DNA of 33,109 nt from a virus (taxonomy: Duplodnaviria; Caudoviricetes), in IMG/VR virus record IMGVR_UViG_3300020045_001853, positions 1 to 33,109 of that record; one strand, written 5' to 3'. The translations under genes and the position numbers were made by a program. Within the stretch, counting starts at the first letter, position 1, and every line of letters begins with the position of its first letter. Below are positions 17,429 to 26,831 of this stretch, piece after piece. The notes under the pieces were generated by a model. That model had not been told where the DNA came from. It saw only the letters and a list, made by a program, of their open reading frames with translations, and made no database searches.

Positions 17429-18445
17429 TTAGTTGGAGCTGAACAAACGCACAACAGCTTGAGGACGTTTTAAGACATTGATGAATGAGCTTGAGGACTC
17501 GATTTCAATCTTGTCGTTGCGTTGAGATTTGTACATCCAGACGTATGCCTCTTCAGCAATAGTTCCGATGGTGTCAAATTTCTCACTTGGTGTAAATACA
17601 GTCTCGAAGCTGTCAGATGTACCTTCAGCAACCAAATACGCATCGCCAGCAGGGATAAAACGGCCACCATTGTACCCGCCCCGTACCTCTAAATATAAAA
17701 TACCTCCATGTTGAAAGGATTGGTACTTACCTGAACGGAAGCCATTGCGCAGGGGCTCCTGAGTACTTGCGTAATATTGGTATGCAGTGACGATCTTCGC
17801 CTGAACCACCAGTTTAGCAAAGAATTCTGGAGAACAGAAAGCGGTAAAGTTCGTGATGACTTCACCAGACTGGATTGTATCCTGAATAGCAGCAACACCT
17901 TCTTGCACGATCTTGTTCACTTCAGTGGTAGCAGTGCTCAAGAGCAAATCCTTCTCAACACGAGCAATGCCCATATCGGTGTAGAAATTAGCTGATTGCG
18001 TACCATTTGGCGAGAATTGCTGGCCGGTGGTGAGTGTATACCAACGTGCAGTCTCAAGGGTAGCTGCATGTGCGCGGCGGATCATCTTGAGTTTATCTGC
18101 AATAGCCAAGGCTTCAGTATCCAACTGATCTGCAGTACCGAAGCGGCGCTTACCAACCAATTCGTGAGCAAACAAAGCGTCATCGAGTGGGTGGAATGTG
18201 CTTGAGTACGTTAGCATCTTGCCCAATTCACCCTTGTTAACAAAGTGACGAGTACCGCGATGTGCATCAGGGATAACACTGATAACACCACCTTTGGACT
18301 CGAACTGAACGGTATTCTGAGAGATGTACTTGCTAGTGAATAGACCTTTTTCGTTCAATAGACCGTACTCGTTAGGGTACAGCATCAACTCACTGGTATA
18401 CTCTACCACAGCTTGAGGGTTTGTAAAATCGCGTGCGATAGTCAT
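17429..18445 (-). CDS. Major capsid protein (lambda gpE-like, HK97 fold)
   Basis: 338 aa. PNEYGLL..GLF, HAATLE, FQHGGILYLE and RPQAVVRL features. Follows the decoration protein. Confidence 0.9.
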   Translation of the reverse strand: MTIARDFTNPQAVVEYTSELMLYPNEYGLLNEKGLFTSKYISQNTVQFESKGGVISVIPDAHRGTRHFVNKGELGKMLTYSSTFHPLDDALFAHELVGKRRFGTADQLDTEALAIADKLKMIRRAHAATLETARWYTLTTGQQFSPNGTQSANFYTDMGIARVEKDLLLSTATTEVNKIVQEGVAAIQDTIQSGEVITNFTAFCSPEFFAKLVVQAKIVTAYQYYASTQEPLRNGFRSGKYQSFQHGGILYLEVRGGYNGGRFIPAGDAYLVAEGTSDSFETVFTPSEKFDTIGTIAEEAYVWMYKSQRNDKIEIESSSSFINVLKRPQAVVRLFSSN

Positions 18446-18475
18446 TTGTATTTTCCTTTAATTATTGTTATTGGA

Positions 18476-18880
18476 TTAGATGCCGGTATTGGCTAGAATG
18501 GTCTTAGCAGCAAGAGCAGTATAAACAGCGAGCTTTTCTGCATCGGTATCAGTGCTTGCACCCATAACCAACATTGCTTTATTCACGATAGCTGGACCGC
18601 GAACCATAACCAACACACCAGTGTCAGTAGTAGCTGGGATAGCTTTAACTTCAACTACAACACCAGCAGCAACTTGGCTACCATCAACAGCAGAAGCTTC
18701 TTGACGTTTGATCTTGCCTGTAGCTGTAACGATACCAACAACAGTACCTACAGTGTAAGACACAGCAGAACCTTCGTTAGCGATTAGACGCTCACGGCAG
18801 AATGCAATAGATGGCTCGTATTCGTGCTTAACGACATCAGAGTAGATTGGTGCGTACACCACAGAAGTAACGATTGACAT
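18476..18880 (-). CDS. Head decoration protein (lambda gpD-like)
   Basis: SDVVKHEY, YTVGTVVG, DGSQVAAGV and VMVRGPAIV motifs. Lies just before the capsid gene. Confidence 0.82.
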   Translation of the reverse strand: MSIVTSVVYAPIYSDVVKHEYEPSIAFCRERLIANEGSAVSYTVGTVVGIVTATGKIKRQEASAVDGSQVAAGVVVEVKAIPATTDTGVLVMVRGPAIVNKAMLVMGASTDTDAEKLAVYTALAAKTILANTGI

Positions 18881-18901
18881 TTATATTTCCTTTATTGTTT
18901 A

Positions 18902-20020
18902 TTACTTAGCAGCGGCTAGGCGGGATTTCACGAGTTTAGCTACAGCGGATTCATTAGATGGGACCTCAGTCTCAACGCTGGCACCCTTCTCGATGAACAA
19001 CTCGCTTTGCTCGACTTGTTTGTGCATCTCACCGAGGGCTTTCACCACAGCAGCAAAATCCACGTCTGAAGCGCCTGATACAGCCTTGAATAGAACCTGA
19101 GCTTTACCCTCGTCCTTAACAGCATCTAGTACTTGAGCTTTACGAGCTTTAGCAATCTGCTCTTTTTCCTTCAGTTCAAAAGCAGCAATAGAAGCTAGGG
19201 CTTTCTGGAGTTCAACCTGTTGAGCACCAAGGCTCTTCTCAAGTTCAACAAAAGCACTCTTAGCAACTACTTCAACTTCTTGTTCAACTACAGTTGATTC
19301 AACAGTCATTTTTAGTTCCTTATTTTTACTTACGTTAATAGGGTTAGATACCCCTTCATTTACCTCGCTAGCGATATGTGAGGTATCTTCGACTATTGCA
19401 GTCTTGGATTCTTTCGTAGCTTGTGCTACTTGTTTTATTGCCTTGATTAGGGGCTTATTCTTGGATTTAGCTGCATCAATCTTCTTGAATGCTTTCTCTA
19501 GCATAGCTTGATCTTTTAGCATTACTAGGTATTCTGTTTCGCTCAGACTAGCTAGAACTTCAGCTTGACTATCAGCTTCGTGCAAAGCTTTCATTACAGC
19601 AATGGACATTAGCTTGGAGTTAATATACGCTTCATAGTCAGTATCACCCGGTTCTGAATCCCACTCTGGATACTCAGGTGGCTCTGTATCTTCTAGTGCT
19701 TGTTCTTTTACTTCCAGTGCAGCCTTGTCCATACCTGCAGTTGTGAAGCCAAGAGTACGTGCAAGAAGTTCATTGTCTACACCGTAGATATGGTAGAAGC
19801 GTTCTAGATACTCGTTAATGTCAAGCTCTACTTTAATCTTGCTTGCTTTGGTTACGAACGCATCAGAGAATTTAGAAGTATTTTTTAACACCAATTTATA
19901 GGCTGCACCACTTGCGGGGCCACCCTGAGAAGCATGGACTAAAGCCATATGTGAATCAGTACCCGAGAAATCAAGCGACCGGAGTTTCTTCTGTGCTTTA
20001 CGTGGATTTGTATCTGTCAT
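18902..20020 (-). CDS. Capsid scaffolding protein with a protease-like N-terminal segment
   Basis: Acidic, coiled-coil C-terminal half and an N-terminal HMALVHASQGGPAS motif. Lies between protease and decoration genes. Confidence 0.7.
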   Translation of the reverse strand: MTDTNPRKAQKKLRSLDFSGTDSHMALVHASQGGPASGAAYKLVLKNTSKFSDAFVTKASKIKVELDINEYLERFYHIYGVDNELLARTLGFTTAGMDKAALEVKEQALEDTEPPEYPEWDSEPGDTDYEAYINSKLMSIAVMKALHEADSQAEVLASLSETEYLVMLKDQAMLEKAFKKIDAAKSKNKPLIKAIKQVAQATKESKTAIVEDTSHIASEVNEGVSNPINVSKNKELKMTVESTVVEQEVEVVAKSAFVELEKSLGAQQVELQKALASIAAFELKEKEQIAKARKAQVLDAVKDEGKAQVLFKAVSGASDVDFAAVVKALGEMHKQVEQSELFIEKGASVETEVPSNESAVAKLVKSRLAAAK

Positions 20021-20035
20021 GTGTATCCTTTATTG

Positions 20036-20443
20036 TTAATCTTCTTCAACGTCTTCTAGGATGCCCATAGCACCAATTGAAACGCCCGTGATAGAATCAT
20101 CTTTAATCATGTTCCAAACATCTTCATGACCTTCGTGAACTTGTAGAGTAACTAACCATTCACCTTTAGTCACGAGTTGCTTATTTAAAATCATGTCCGT
20201 GGGCGCTAGGTACGACTCAATTATGCTGAATGAATCAGTCATAGTCATGTGGAATAGATTAGCCCTCATTAGACTCTTGTTGAAGGACTCTTTAGCTAAC
20301 CTAATCTCTTCTAAATCAACTGAGTGAAAATGCAAATCCACACCGGGCTTCATTGCCACGTAAGTAACCTGCATTAACTCCTCGTTCAATGCTTTAACAA
20401 TAGGAAGAGGCTTATGTTCTTTATTCTCTTTATTGGTACTTAT
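20036..20443 (-). CDS. Prohead protease (XkdF-like serine peptidase); start codon uncertain
   Basis: VDLH, ANLFH, IIESYLAP, KGEWL and ITGVSIG motifs. The best SD (AAGGAG, 20450-20455) precedes an in-frame ATA at 20443; the ORF-track start at 20497 is a GTG with poor SD spacing. Confidence 0.8.
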   Translation of the reverse strand: MSTNKENKEHKPLPIVKALNEELMQVTYVAMKPGVDLHFHSVDLEEIRLAKESFNKSLMRANLFHMTMTDSFSIIESYLAPTDMILNKQLVTKGEWLVTLQVHEGHEDVWNMIKDDSITGVSIGAMGILEDVEED

Positions 20444-20519
20444 GTCGTACTCCTTATTCTGTATAAGATCAGTAGATGCACACCATAAGATATACACGTC
20501 CTGAATTTATTTAGTTAAT

Positions 20520-20548
20520 ATAATATCACTGTGTGAAATACAAGTCAA
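20520..20548 (-). promoter_or_regulatory. Sigma70-type promoter for the protease-capsid operon
   Basis: TTGACT-17 bp-TATTAT with a TGn extension. Confidence 0.7.
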
Positions 20549-20557
20549 GTCGGATAC

Positions 20558-22060
20558 CTACGAGATATTAACCTGCGCTACAGTCACAGTACAACTAGGT
20601 GTGCTCGGGCAGAACACCGTACTAGCAGGTGCTACAAGCGTAATCGTTGTACTATCCACTGCCCACATTAGCTCGAAGTAATCCCCAGCGTTCATTGCTT
20701 CTTGGAAACTCCAGCTTGGAACCAACAGAGTACCTGAGCCTTGTACACTGAGCTTATTTGCACTAGCTGGTATATCCGATCCGTTAATCCTGCCCCATAT
20801 CCACATATTCTGAGCATTGGAATTCGACTTAGACACCTGAGCAGTGAACTGGAACTCGTACAACCCAGCTGTACTGCAGGTAATCCTTGTATTGTTCACC
20901 ACAGATATACCATAGGCTTCTTTGGTGCTATTAACACGTATAGCCTGCGGTGTCTCTGTTAGCGTCTGTACTTGGGTTGTAGTGTCGTAGAATGAAGCAT
21001 AGTCCAACCTAGATACAGCTTGGGGTTTAACGAAGATAGTACCTGTAGTATCGCTCACAATACCAACGAAAGCTACTGGGATGCTCTCATAGGGTGGTAT
21101 GGGCTTAACGTTGCTTAACCTACCAGCTACTGTAGAGGACACGTACAGAATATCTCCAGATGCCCATGTTTCACCGTATGGAATACCTGTAGTATCCAAG
21201 GTACGTACTAGACCGAAGTTAGTAACGAACCCAGTTGTGCCTGTTGGAATATCCTCAGTACATACACCCAATACTCTGAAGGAATTAAACATATGGTTAG
21301 CTGTAGCCAAACCGAAGGTAATCCTAGAAGTACCCATATCACCACCTGTAGCAGCTACGACAGAACCCTGCGGGATTGTACTACCAGTGATGTTCAGTAC
21401 AGGCGGGCAGTACATCTCCATGCCTAGCTGTAGAGTAGCGTTATCACCCATACGTAAATCCAGAGTACCATCGAATGAATTCCACCTAAGCATTCCCGGT
21501 ACGAACATATCATCAGGTACTAGAGCTTCTGTATTGAACTTAATCCAATCAAAGAACGGAGTAGTCTGGACAGTAACGTACTGCTCTATGTACTCCTTTA
21601 GCACCTGTTCGTTCGTAACGATGGTATCACCGTTGTCGAAACCAAGGATTAGACGACCTCTAGTGTCGAAGCTTGCACGGGTTAGATTACGTTCTTTGAT
21701 ACTAGCGTTTAAAGGCTCTGTAAGGCCCGTAGAATGCACGGGAGCATTAGACTGGTGTATTGTGCTGCTGAACCAATTAGAAGAGGCTGTAGGTGCCTCT
21801 GGTGACGTTACAGCAGTATCTACGGGTGGTTCTTGTTTGGTTTTCTCCACAAGATCAAGAACTGCTTGTAAATGAAGAGGGATTACCTGAGCTTTCTTCA
21901 CTATGTTCTTCACAGCCGCCAATCCAGCTACAATAGCTTCTTTCTCGGATTTACCTTCAGACAAAGCTCCGTTGGCTACCTTAGCAAAGAGCTTGCGCTC
22001 TTCTAGGGTTTTATCTCGCATTGCTGGGAGGGTTTGATCTTTGAGTACACCCCAAGGCAT
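20558..22060 (-). CDS. Virion fibre/decoration-like protein with N-terminal ChaB-like domain (500 aa)
   Basis: SD AAGGAG before ATG 22060 (MPWGVLKDQTLPAM...). Contains GMLRWNSFDGTLDL, GFVTNFGLVR and a C-terminal YASFYDTTTQ...AGLYEFQFTAQ C1q/BclA-like beta domain. Confidence 0.65.
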   Translation of the reverse strand: MPWGVLKDQTLPAMRDKTLEERKLFAKVANGALSEGKSEKEAIVAGLAAVKNIVKKAQVIPLHLQAVLDLVEKTKQEPPVDTAVTSPEAPTASSNWFSSTIHQSNAPVHSTGLTEPLNASIKERNLTRASFDTRGRLILGFDNGDTIVTNEQVLKEYIEQYVTVQTTPFFDWIKFNTEALVPDDMFVPGMLRWNSFDGTLDLRMGDNATLQLGMEMYCPPVLNITGSTIPQGSVVAATGGDMGTSRITFGLATANHMFNSFRVLGVCTEDIPTGTTGFVTNFGLVRTLDTTGIPYGETWASGDILYVSSTVAGRLSNVKPIPPYESIPVAFVGIVSDTTGTIFVKPQAVSRLDYASFYDTTTQVQTLTETPQAIRVNSTKEAYGISVVNNTRITCSTAGLYEFQFTAQVSKSNSNAQNMWIWGRINGSDIPASANKLSVQGSGTLLVPSWSFQEAMNAGDYFELMWAVDSTTITLVAPASTVFCPSTPSCTVTVAQVNIS

Positions 22061-22077
22061 ATAGGCTCCTTTAAGAC

Positions 22078-22151
22078 GAAGCCCATATGGTTGGGCTTCT
22101 TGTGAATAGTTGTTGGAGGAGAAGGTTAGAACTTCAGTAGAACTAACCTTC
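22078..22151 (-). other. Two intergenic hairpins
   Basis: GAAGCCCA/TGGGCTTC (22078-22099) and GAAGGTTAG-TT-CT-actga-AG-TT-CTAACCTTC (22121-22151). Confidence 0.6.
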
Positions 22152-22170
22152 GTGCTGAGGGGATTACTAT

Positions 22171-23721
22171 TTAGACGTAACCTGTTCCTGATCGCAGTTT
22201 TGTCAGGTTGTAAATATCGGCATTGCTGACACTTACCTTTCCAGCTGCCAACACCGTGCAAGTTGCACTGCTTGCAGTCGTCGCTACGCTGGTTACATAG
22301 ACCCCCGCCCCGCCTTCGGTGCCACTGGTCTGAGACACAATCTTTGTGCCCGTTGGGATACCAACTCCAGAGATAACATGACCCGGCAACAGAACACCGC
22401 CAGTACCTGATGTGACGGATGCCGCGGTAAGAGTTGTTCCAGAACCCGATGCCACAAACGAAATTGCATGGGTTGGTTGTAGCTTTATTTGCAGCGAGTG
22501 CTTTGTTTGGTTTGTTGTCCCAAGGGGGGGTGTTGTCCCGTCGAACATCTCGGCTTGAAATGGTGAGGACCGATACATCAGCATATCCACTTGCGCATAG
22601 GCACTGCCTGCCGTCAGATAAGCGTATGCAGTAAGGTTGCTTGACTCTGTGCACTCAAACACGGCTCGACCATGCAACACGTCACCAAGGCTGGGCTCGA
22701 CCGTGGCATTATTTACGTTATAGATGCGCTCAACGGTCTGTAGAGACCCTATTCCAGATACAGTCATTACCAGCTTATTACCCCGGAAAGGTGAGGCGCT
22801 TTCCAGTGAAAACGTGATGTTTGTTGCATCTGTATTCGTCCACCCTGCGGTAGTTTGCAGCAGCGCATTGCCCTTAACAACACCGGCTGCGGTGTTATCA
22901 AGGCCCGTGTATCCCGCGTTGTCATCATTTGACAATACTTCCATGTATGGCTTGCGGCGACCAGATGTATATGGGTTCAAGGCATCCCAAATACTCTCCG
23001 CTGCAAAATCATATAAATCCTGTCGCTCAACTGCCGGATGAGTTTTATCTGTCGAATACCCTTGGATGTACCCACCATCACTTGCCCGCCACTTGTAATA
23101 CGGGTCGATAAATAGTGCCTTACCATCGGTCGCGGCAAGATACTCAGACCACGGGTAGCGAACTGTCCGCGTCAAGTAAACAGGGTTTGAGTTTCTTGGT
23201 GGCGAGGCGCAGACAATACAAATCTTTCCAAGACTGACAACATAGTCAACCACTTGCTTCATCAGCGGGTAATATGCGCCAGGCACCACATTCTGTGTCG
23301 AACTGTTTGACCCCTCACTTACAAAAACAATGTCTGCGGCTGGGTCAATATCAGCCACCATAGCGTCAATAACCCCCTGCAAGCTTCGACCGGAAACGCC
23401 TGCATTTTTGATTGTCAAAATTCGGCCAGAGGATAAAACCGTCAATCGGTCCATCATCCGATACCCGCTTGCAATAAGACTATTCCCAAGCCAGCATGCC
23501 TTCATTACCGTACCACGGGATAGCAACTCACGCAGGGATGCACCACCAACCTCAATCACCTCACCACCCGGACCGATTAATTCAATCCCCCCGGTGAGGG
23601 GATTAGAAACTGCCGTTACCGTATTAGCTAGATTAAATGAACTCGTAGAGTCATCACTGTACTCAACACTTACATTACCACCCACATCCGTTGTAATCTC
23701 TTTTACTGTTTTAGTCGCCAT
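22171..23721 (-). CDS. SGNH/GDSL hydrolase-domain protein, probable virion-associated esterase
   Basis: Blocks I LGNSL, II NAGVSG, III EGSN and V DKTHP are present, with C-terminal beta-rich domains including the SGTTLT..G.VISGVGIPTGTKIVSQ..GT.GGAGVY module. Confidence 0.75.
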   Translation of the reverse strand: MATKTVKEITTDVGGNVSVEYSDDSTSSFNLANTVTAVSNPLTGGIELIGPGGEVIEVGGASLRELLSRGTVMKACWLGNSLIASGYRMMDRLTVLSSGRILTIKNAGVSGRSLQGVIDAMVADIDPAADIVFVSEGSNSSTQNVVPGAYYPLMKQVVDYVVSLGKICIVCASPPRNSNPVYLTRTVRYPWSEYLAATDGKALFIDPYYKWRASDGGYIQGYSTDKTHPAVERQDLYDFAAESIWDALNPYTSGRRKPYMEVLSNDDNAGYTGLDNTAAGVVKGNALLQTTAGWTNTDATNITFSLESASPFRGNKLVMTVSGIGSLQTVERIYNVNNATVEPSLGDVLHGRAVFECTESSNLTAYAYLTAGSAYAQVDMLMYRSSPFQAEMFDGTTPPLGTTNQTKHSLQIKLQPTHAISFVASGSGTTLTAASVTSGTGGVLLPGHVISGVGIPTGTKIVSQTSGTEGGAGVYVTSVATTASSATCTVLAAGKVSVSNADIYNLTKLRSGTGYV

Positions 23722-23787
23722 GTTTTTCCTTAGTTAAATTATTAGCTTATCGACTAACCCACACACAATGCAGGTTGTTCTCTTCCC

Positions 23788-25281
23788 TTACCCTTGGTTC
23801 TCAAGGTTGTTTGAGCTTGTATCTTCACCAGATACTGAAGTACTCGTACCTTCACCGACTGTAGCCATTCCATCACCACTGCGAGAAGTATTACCAGTCA
23901 AAATCTCAGTCTGCGGTGGCATATCAATCGGAAGTGGATCAACGCCAATACTCACCCGTACAGCATTTAGTACTTCACGATCAAGCTCAAGTAAACCAGT
24001 GCTTGCATACCGCTGTAAAGCCTTGCTTTGCGATTCCAAATCTACGGAATCTACACCATCAAAATCGAACGAGCCTACGCGGCTAACGTCCCATCCGTTT
24101 AACTCGAACGTCTGAACCAGCAGATCATTATTCAGTACATCACGGATATTCTTCAGCATTGATTCCGCTGCAGCACCCGTCATACTATTCTTGATTACAC
24201 CTAGATTAAAGCTCCCACCTGAGGATGAACCGAAGATTAATACCTCAGCGAATAACGCTACGTAAATAGCACGCTTGTAATAATCCTTGATCTTATCTGA
24301 GTCGAATGATTTCTTCCCACCTTCATTTGATAGTAACGACAGATCAAACAGGGGTTGCTTAGTCTCTGGATCATACGCTTGAGGCAAGATAACACCGGAC
24401 TGTTGATTCTGCTGTAGGTTTCTGATTACGTTCTTATAATATTCATACACGGATTTTTGATCTGTGCTAGCATCCGCTGACATATACTGCGGTGGAATCT
24501 TCAAGATTGGAATTCCAGCTAAATCCTTGCTAAACCCGATCACTTCCATCTCTTCAATAGCTGTCAAGTACTTCCAAGAACTGTACGCATCACGCAGATG
24601 AGATACACCGAATGGATTACCTTTGTGCTTACCTGTCCTGAACAGCATGAACTTGCTTCTGGGCAATACAACCTCTTGCGAGCCCCTGGAGCTATAACGA
24701 CCTATGCTGTCGCTTACGCCGTATAGATTCTGCTTAACACCAGTAATATCAGACCCATCTGGACTGAAGGTGAAACGCTCGATAGTCTCTTGGTTTCTAA
24801 TAGCGAGTTTCTTCCAGCCGATTACACCGTCATCAAAACGTGAGCCATTACTCTTGTATCTACGGCGGTATACTTTCTCGTGTACACTGAAGCCATAGAC
24901 CATCATTGACAGCACGTCATTAATGAACTCACGCCATGTACTGCCATCCAGATCATGCATCATCTCGTTGATTATCTTGGCTTGATTCTGCTCTTGTTCT
25001 GTGGGGTTCTGCGGTGCTGTATAGTTCCATTCTACTTTACCGATGATATTCTCGTACAGAGTCAGGGCTGAATTGATAGAGGGACTGTAGGTCATCTGTT
25101 TGTAGACCTTGATGTTATTCGGCCAGTTCAGTTCGCGCTTGAGTTCTTCCGTTGAACAGCCTCCGAACGTATTGGTGCCTAAGCTGCCCATCTCGCCTAA
25201 TCGGAAACGGTCAGGAGTATCTAGGTAGTTAGCTTTGGTTAACTCTTCTTGTTGTGGTTGTTTTAATTTACGTGTAGCCAT
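23788..25281 (-). CDS. Portal protein
   Basis: RLGEMGSLG, YGFSVHEKVY, GNPFGVS, KDLAGIP and GGSFNLG motifs. Follows terL. Confidence 0.9.
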   Translation of the reverse strand: MATRKLKQPQQEELTKANYLDTPDRFRLGEMGSLGTNTFGGCSTEELKRELNWPNNIKVYKQMTYSPSINSALTLYENIIGKVEWNYTAPQNPTEQEQNQAKIINEMMHDLDGSTWREFINDVLSMMVYGFSVHEKVYRRRYKSNGSRFDDGVIGWKKLAIRNQETIERFTFSPDGSDITGVKQNLYGVSDSIGRYSSRGSQEVVLPRSKFMLFRTGKHKGNPFGVSHLRDAYSSWKYLTAIEEMEVIGFSKDLAGIPILKIPPQYMSADASTDQKSVYEYYKNVIRNLQQNQQSGVILPQAYDPETKQPLFDLSLLSNEGGKKSFDSDKIKDYYKRAIYVALFAEVLIFGSSSGGSFNLGVIKNSMTGAAAESMLKNIRDVLNNDLLVQTFELNGWDVSRVGSFDFDGVDSVDLESQSKALQRYASTGLLELDREVLNAVRVSIGVDPLPIDMPPQTEILTGNTSRSGDGMATVGEGTSTSVSGEDTSSNNLENQG

Positions 25282-25474
25282 CTAGGTTATCCTTGTATGT
25301 GCAGATAGGTTCAGGTATTAGTCTTATCTATCTGGAATTTATTACTGTCTAGTATAACAGTAGTTAATGCTTTAGGCTAGTACCAGTAGTATAGTGACGT
25401 AAGGTCTTATGCCTCTTAATCACCGGATACGCTCATCCAGTTATCACTGGTCACAGCACAGTCACTACGCGACC

Positions 25475-26584
25475 TTAGCTGAACTCCCCCTGTATAAACA
25501 TTGGAGCATCGCCTATAGGTAGTACCGGTTGGGAAAAACCGAGGTTAGAATATGAGTTTGACTGGTGTAGATCAGGCAGGGTGAAGGAGGGTAACTCGTT
25601 AGTCTTATTCAAGTACCAGAATGCAGAAACTGCAGCATCAAGCGCATCATCGTGAGTTTTACCGTCGCCTTGGAAGGATTCAAGTTCATTGAAGAACCAT
25701 TCGTTCCAATCATCAGATAACACATCTAAATACCCTGCTTGAGCAATGGATGCTAAGGGTCTAAAACGAATCAGCTTACTCTTGGTGCTTAATGGTTGAA
25801 GTACACAGTGTCTACCACGTTCCGCTAACTGACGTTGTAATCCAGAAGCATAAGCCTTGCCTGCAGCACCCGGATCAATCGGCAGTACGTAAGTAATACT
25901 CGCCGGATCACTCTCGTGCATATCGAATATCCACTGCTCAACAGTATGGAATCTCTCCCGGATTCTTTCAGCACTCTCTACAGTGTATCTAGATTCCTTG
26001 GATTTACTCAAAAGAACTGTAGCACTATAATCTGGGTCTTTGTTAACCTCATCGACGAGTGAACCTGCCATGTCAAACCCGCGAACCTTACGTGTCATAT
26101 ATGGAATATCGTAAACTAATTTACTCCAAGCACGTTGGTAGAATCCGCTACTTTGTTCACGTACCCATGCACCGTAGAGTAACCTGCGTGATTCCACAGG
26201 AGGTAGTGCTTTTAGAGTAGAGATATACCCTTCATTTTGCAGTAATCCGATTGGATTATCGTAGATGCTGCCCGGGATATAGGTATAGGACTTGATCGGA
26301 TTCTCTTTACCCTTACCATGTATTTCTTGAGCTTCTTCTACACTATCGTAGAAATTAACACCAGATGCGTCCTTAACAAAGAACCTCTCTTTATACACTT
26401 CTTGTCTGATAGGTACAAGATTCTCATCAAGCATGTGCTTAACGAAAGGCATCAAGAATGAATCTGGGTCTGGATTGCATGTAGCATGAGACTGTAGAGG
26501 ATAATTTACACGAGTAGAGCGTAATCGTGATAGAGCATAAAATACATTATCCCCGTCTAACTGCTGGGCCTCATCGAAAGCTAT
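25475..26584 (-). CDS. terL: Terminase large subunit, exon 2 (Walker B through nuclease domain)
   Basis: IAFDEA Walker B, ATCNPD coupling motif, RGFDMA and HDDALDA RNase H-like nuclease motifs. Confidence 0.9.
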   Translation of the reverse strand: MAFDEAQQLDGDNVFYALSRLRSTRVNYPLQSHATCNPDPDSFLMPFVKHMLDENLVPIRQEVYKERFFVKDASGVNFYDSVEEAQEIHGKGKENPIKSYTYIPGSIYDNPIGLLQNEGYISTLKALPPVESRRLLYGAWVREQSSGFYQRAWSKLVYDIPYMTRKVRGFDMAGSLVDEVNKDPDYSATVLLSKSKESRYTVESAERIRERFHTVEQWIFDMHESDPASITYVLPIDPGAAGKAYASGLQRQLAERGRHCVLQPLSTKSKLIRFRPLASIAQAGYLDVLSDDWNEWFFNELESFQGDGKTHDDALDAAVSAFWYLNKTNELPSFTLPDLHQSNSYSNLGFSQPVLPIGDAPMFIQGEFS

Positions 26585-26831
26585 CATTTATATTCGCTAT
26601 AACTCGTTGGGTTATAACCGCTGTTAAGCTGCTGTATATCCCTATACAGATTAGACTATATCACGCTCCACTAAGGAACCTTCCTATTTCGAGCCACTTA
26701 GCTCTACTCCCTCTCGGGATAGTCGTTGCACGTTCCTACATAGTAGGCTTCGCTCAGGATTGTCTGTTCTAGAGTTTCCCTGAATTAAAGAAGTTATTCA
26801 ATCTGTATTACTACAAAAGGCCGCAAACTTT
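26585..26831 (-). mobile_element. Group I self-splicing intron (IA2-like, 247 nt, no internal ORF)
   Basis: P1 CCGU/GCGG with a U-G pair at the splice site; P AATTCAGGGAA, Q AATCCTGAGC, R GTGCAACGACTA, S TGATATAGTC; P7.1 TCCC-GAGA-GGGA, P7.2 GAGCT-AAGT-GGCTC; GNRA loops on P2 and P9; terminal G. Splicing restores QGREYSR|IAFDE. Confidence 0.93.

Noticed and set aside
21099-21875. 258-aa plus-strand ORF and the many other antisense ORFs over structural genes
   Set aside because: They mirror sense-strand codon bias, have no convincing SD or motifs, and lie wholly opposite well-supported genes.
22061-22654. N-terminal 198 aa of the 698-aa ORF in the track
   Set aside because: It overlaps the SGNH gene in another frame and the intergenic hairpins, has a Cys/Arg-rich non-protein-like composition, and a strong SD marks ATG 22060 as the start.
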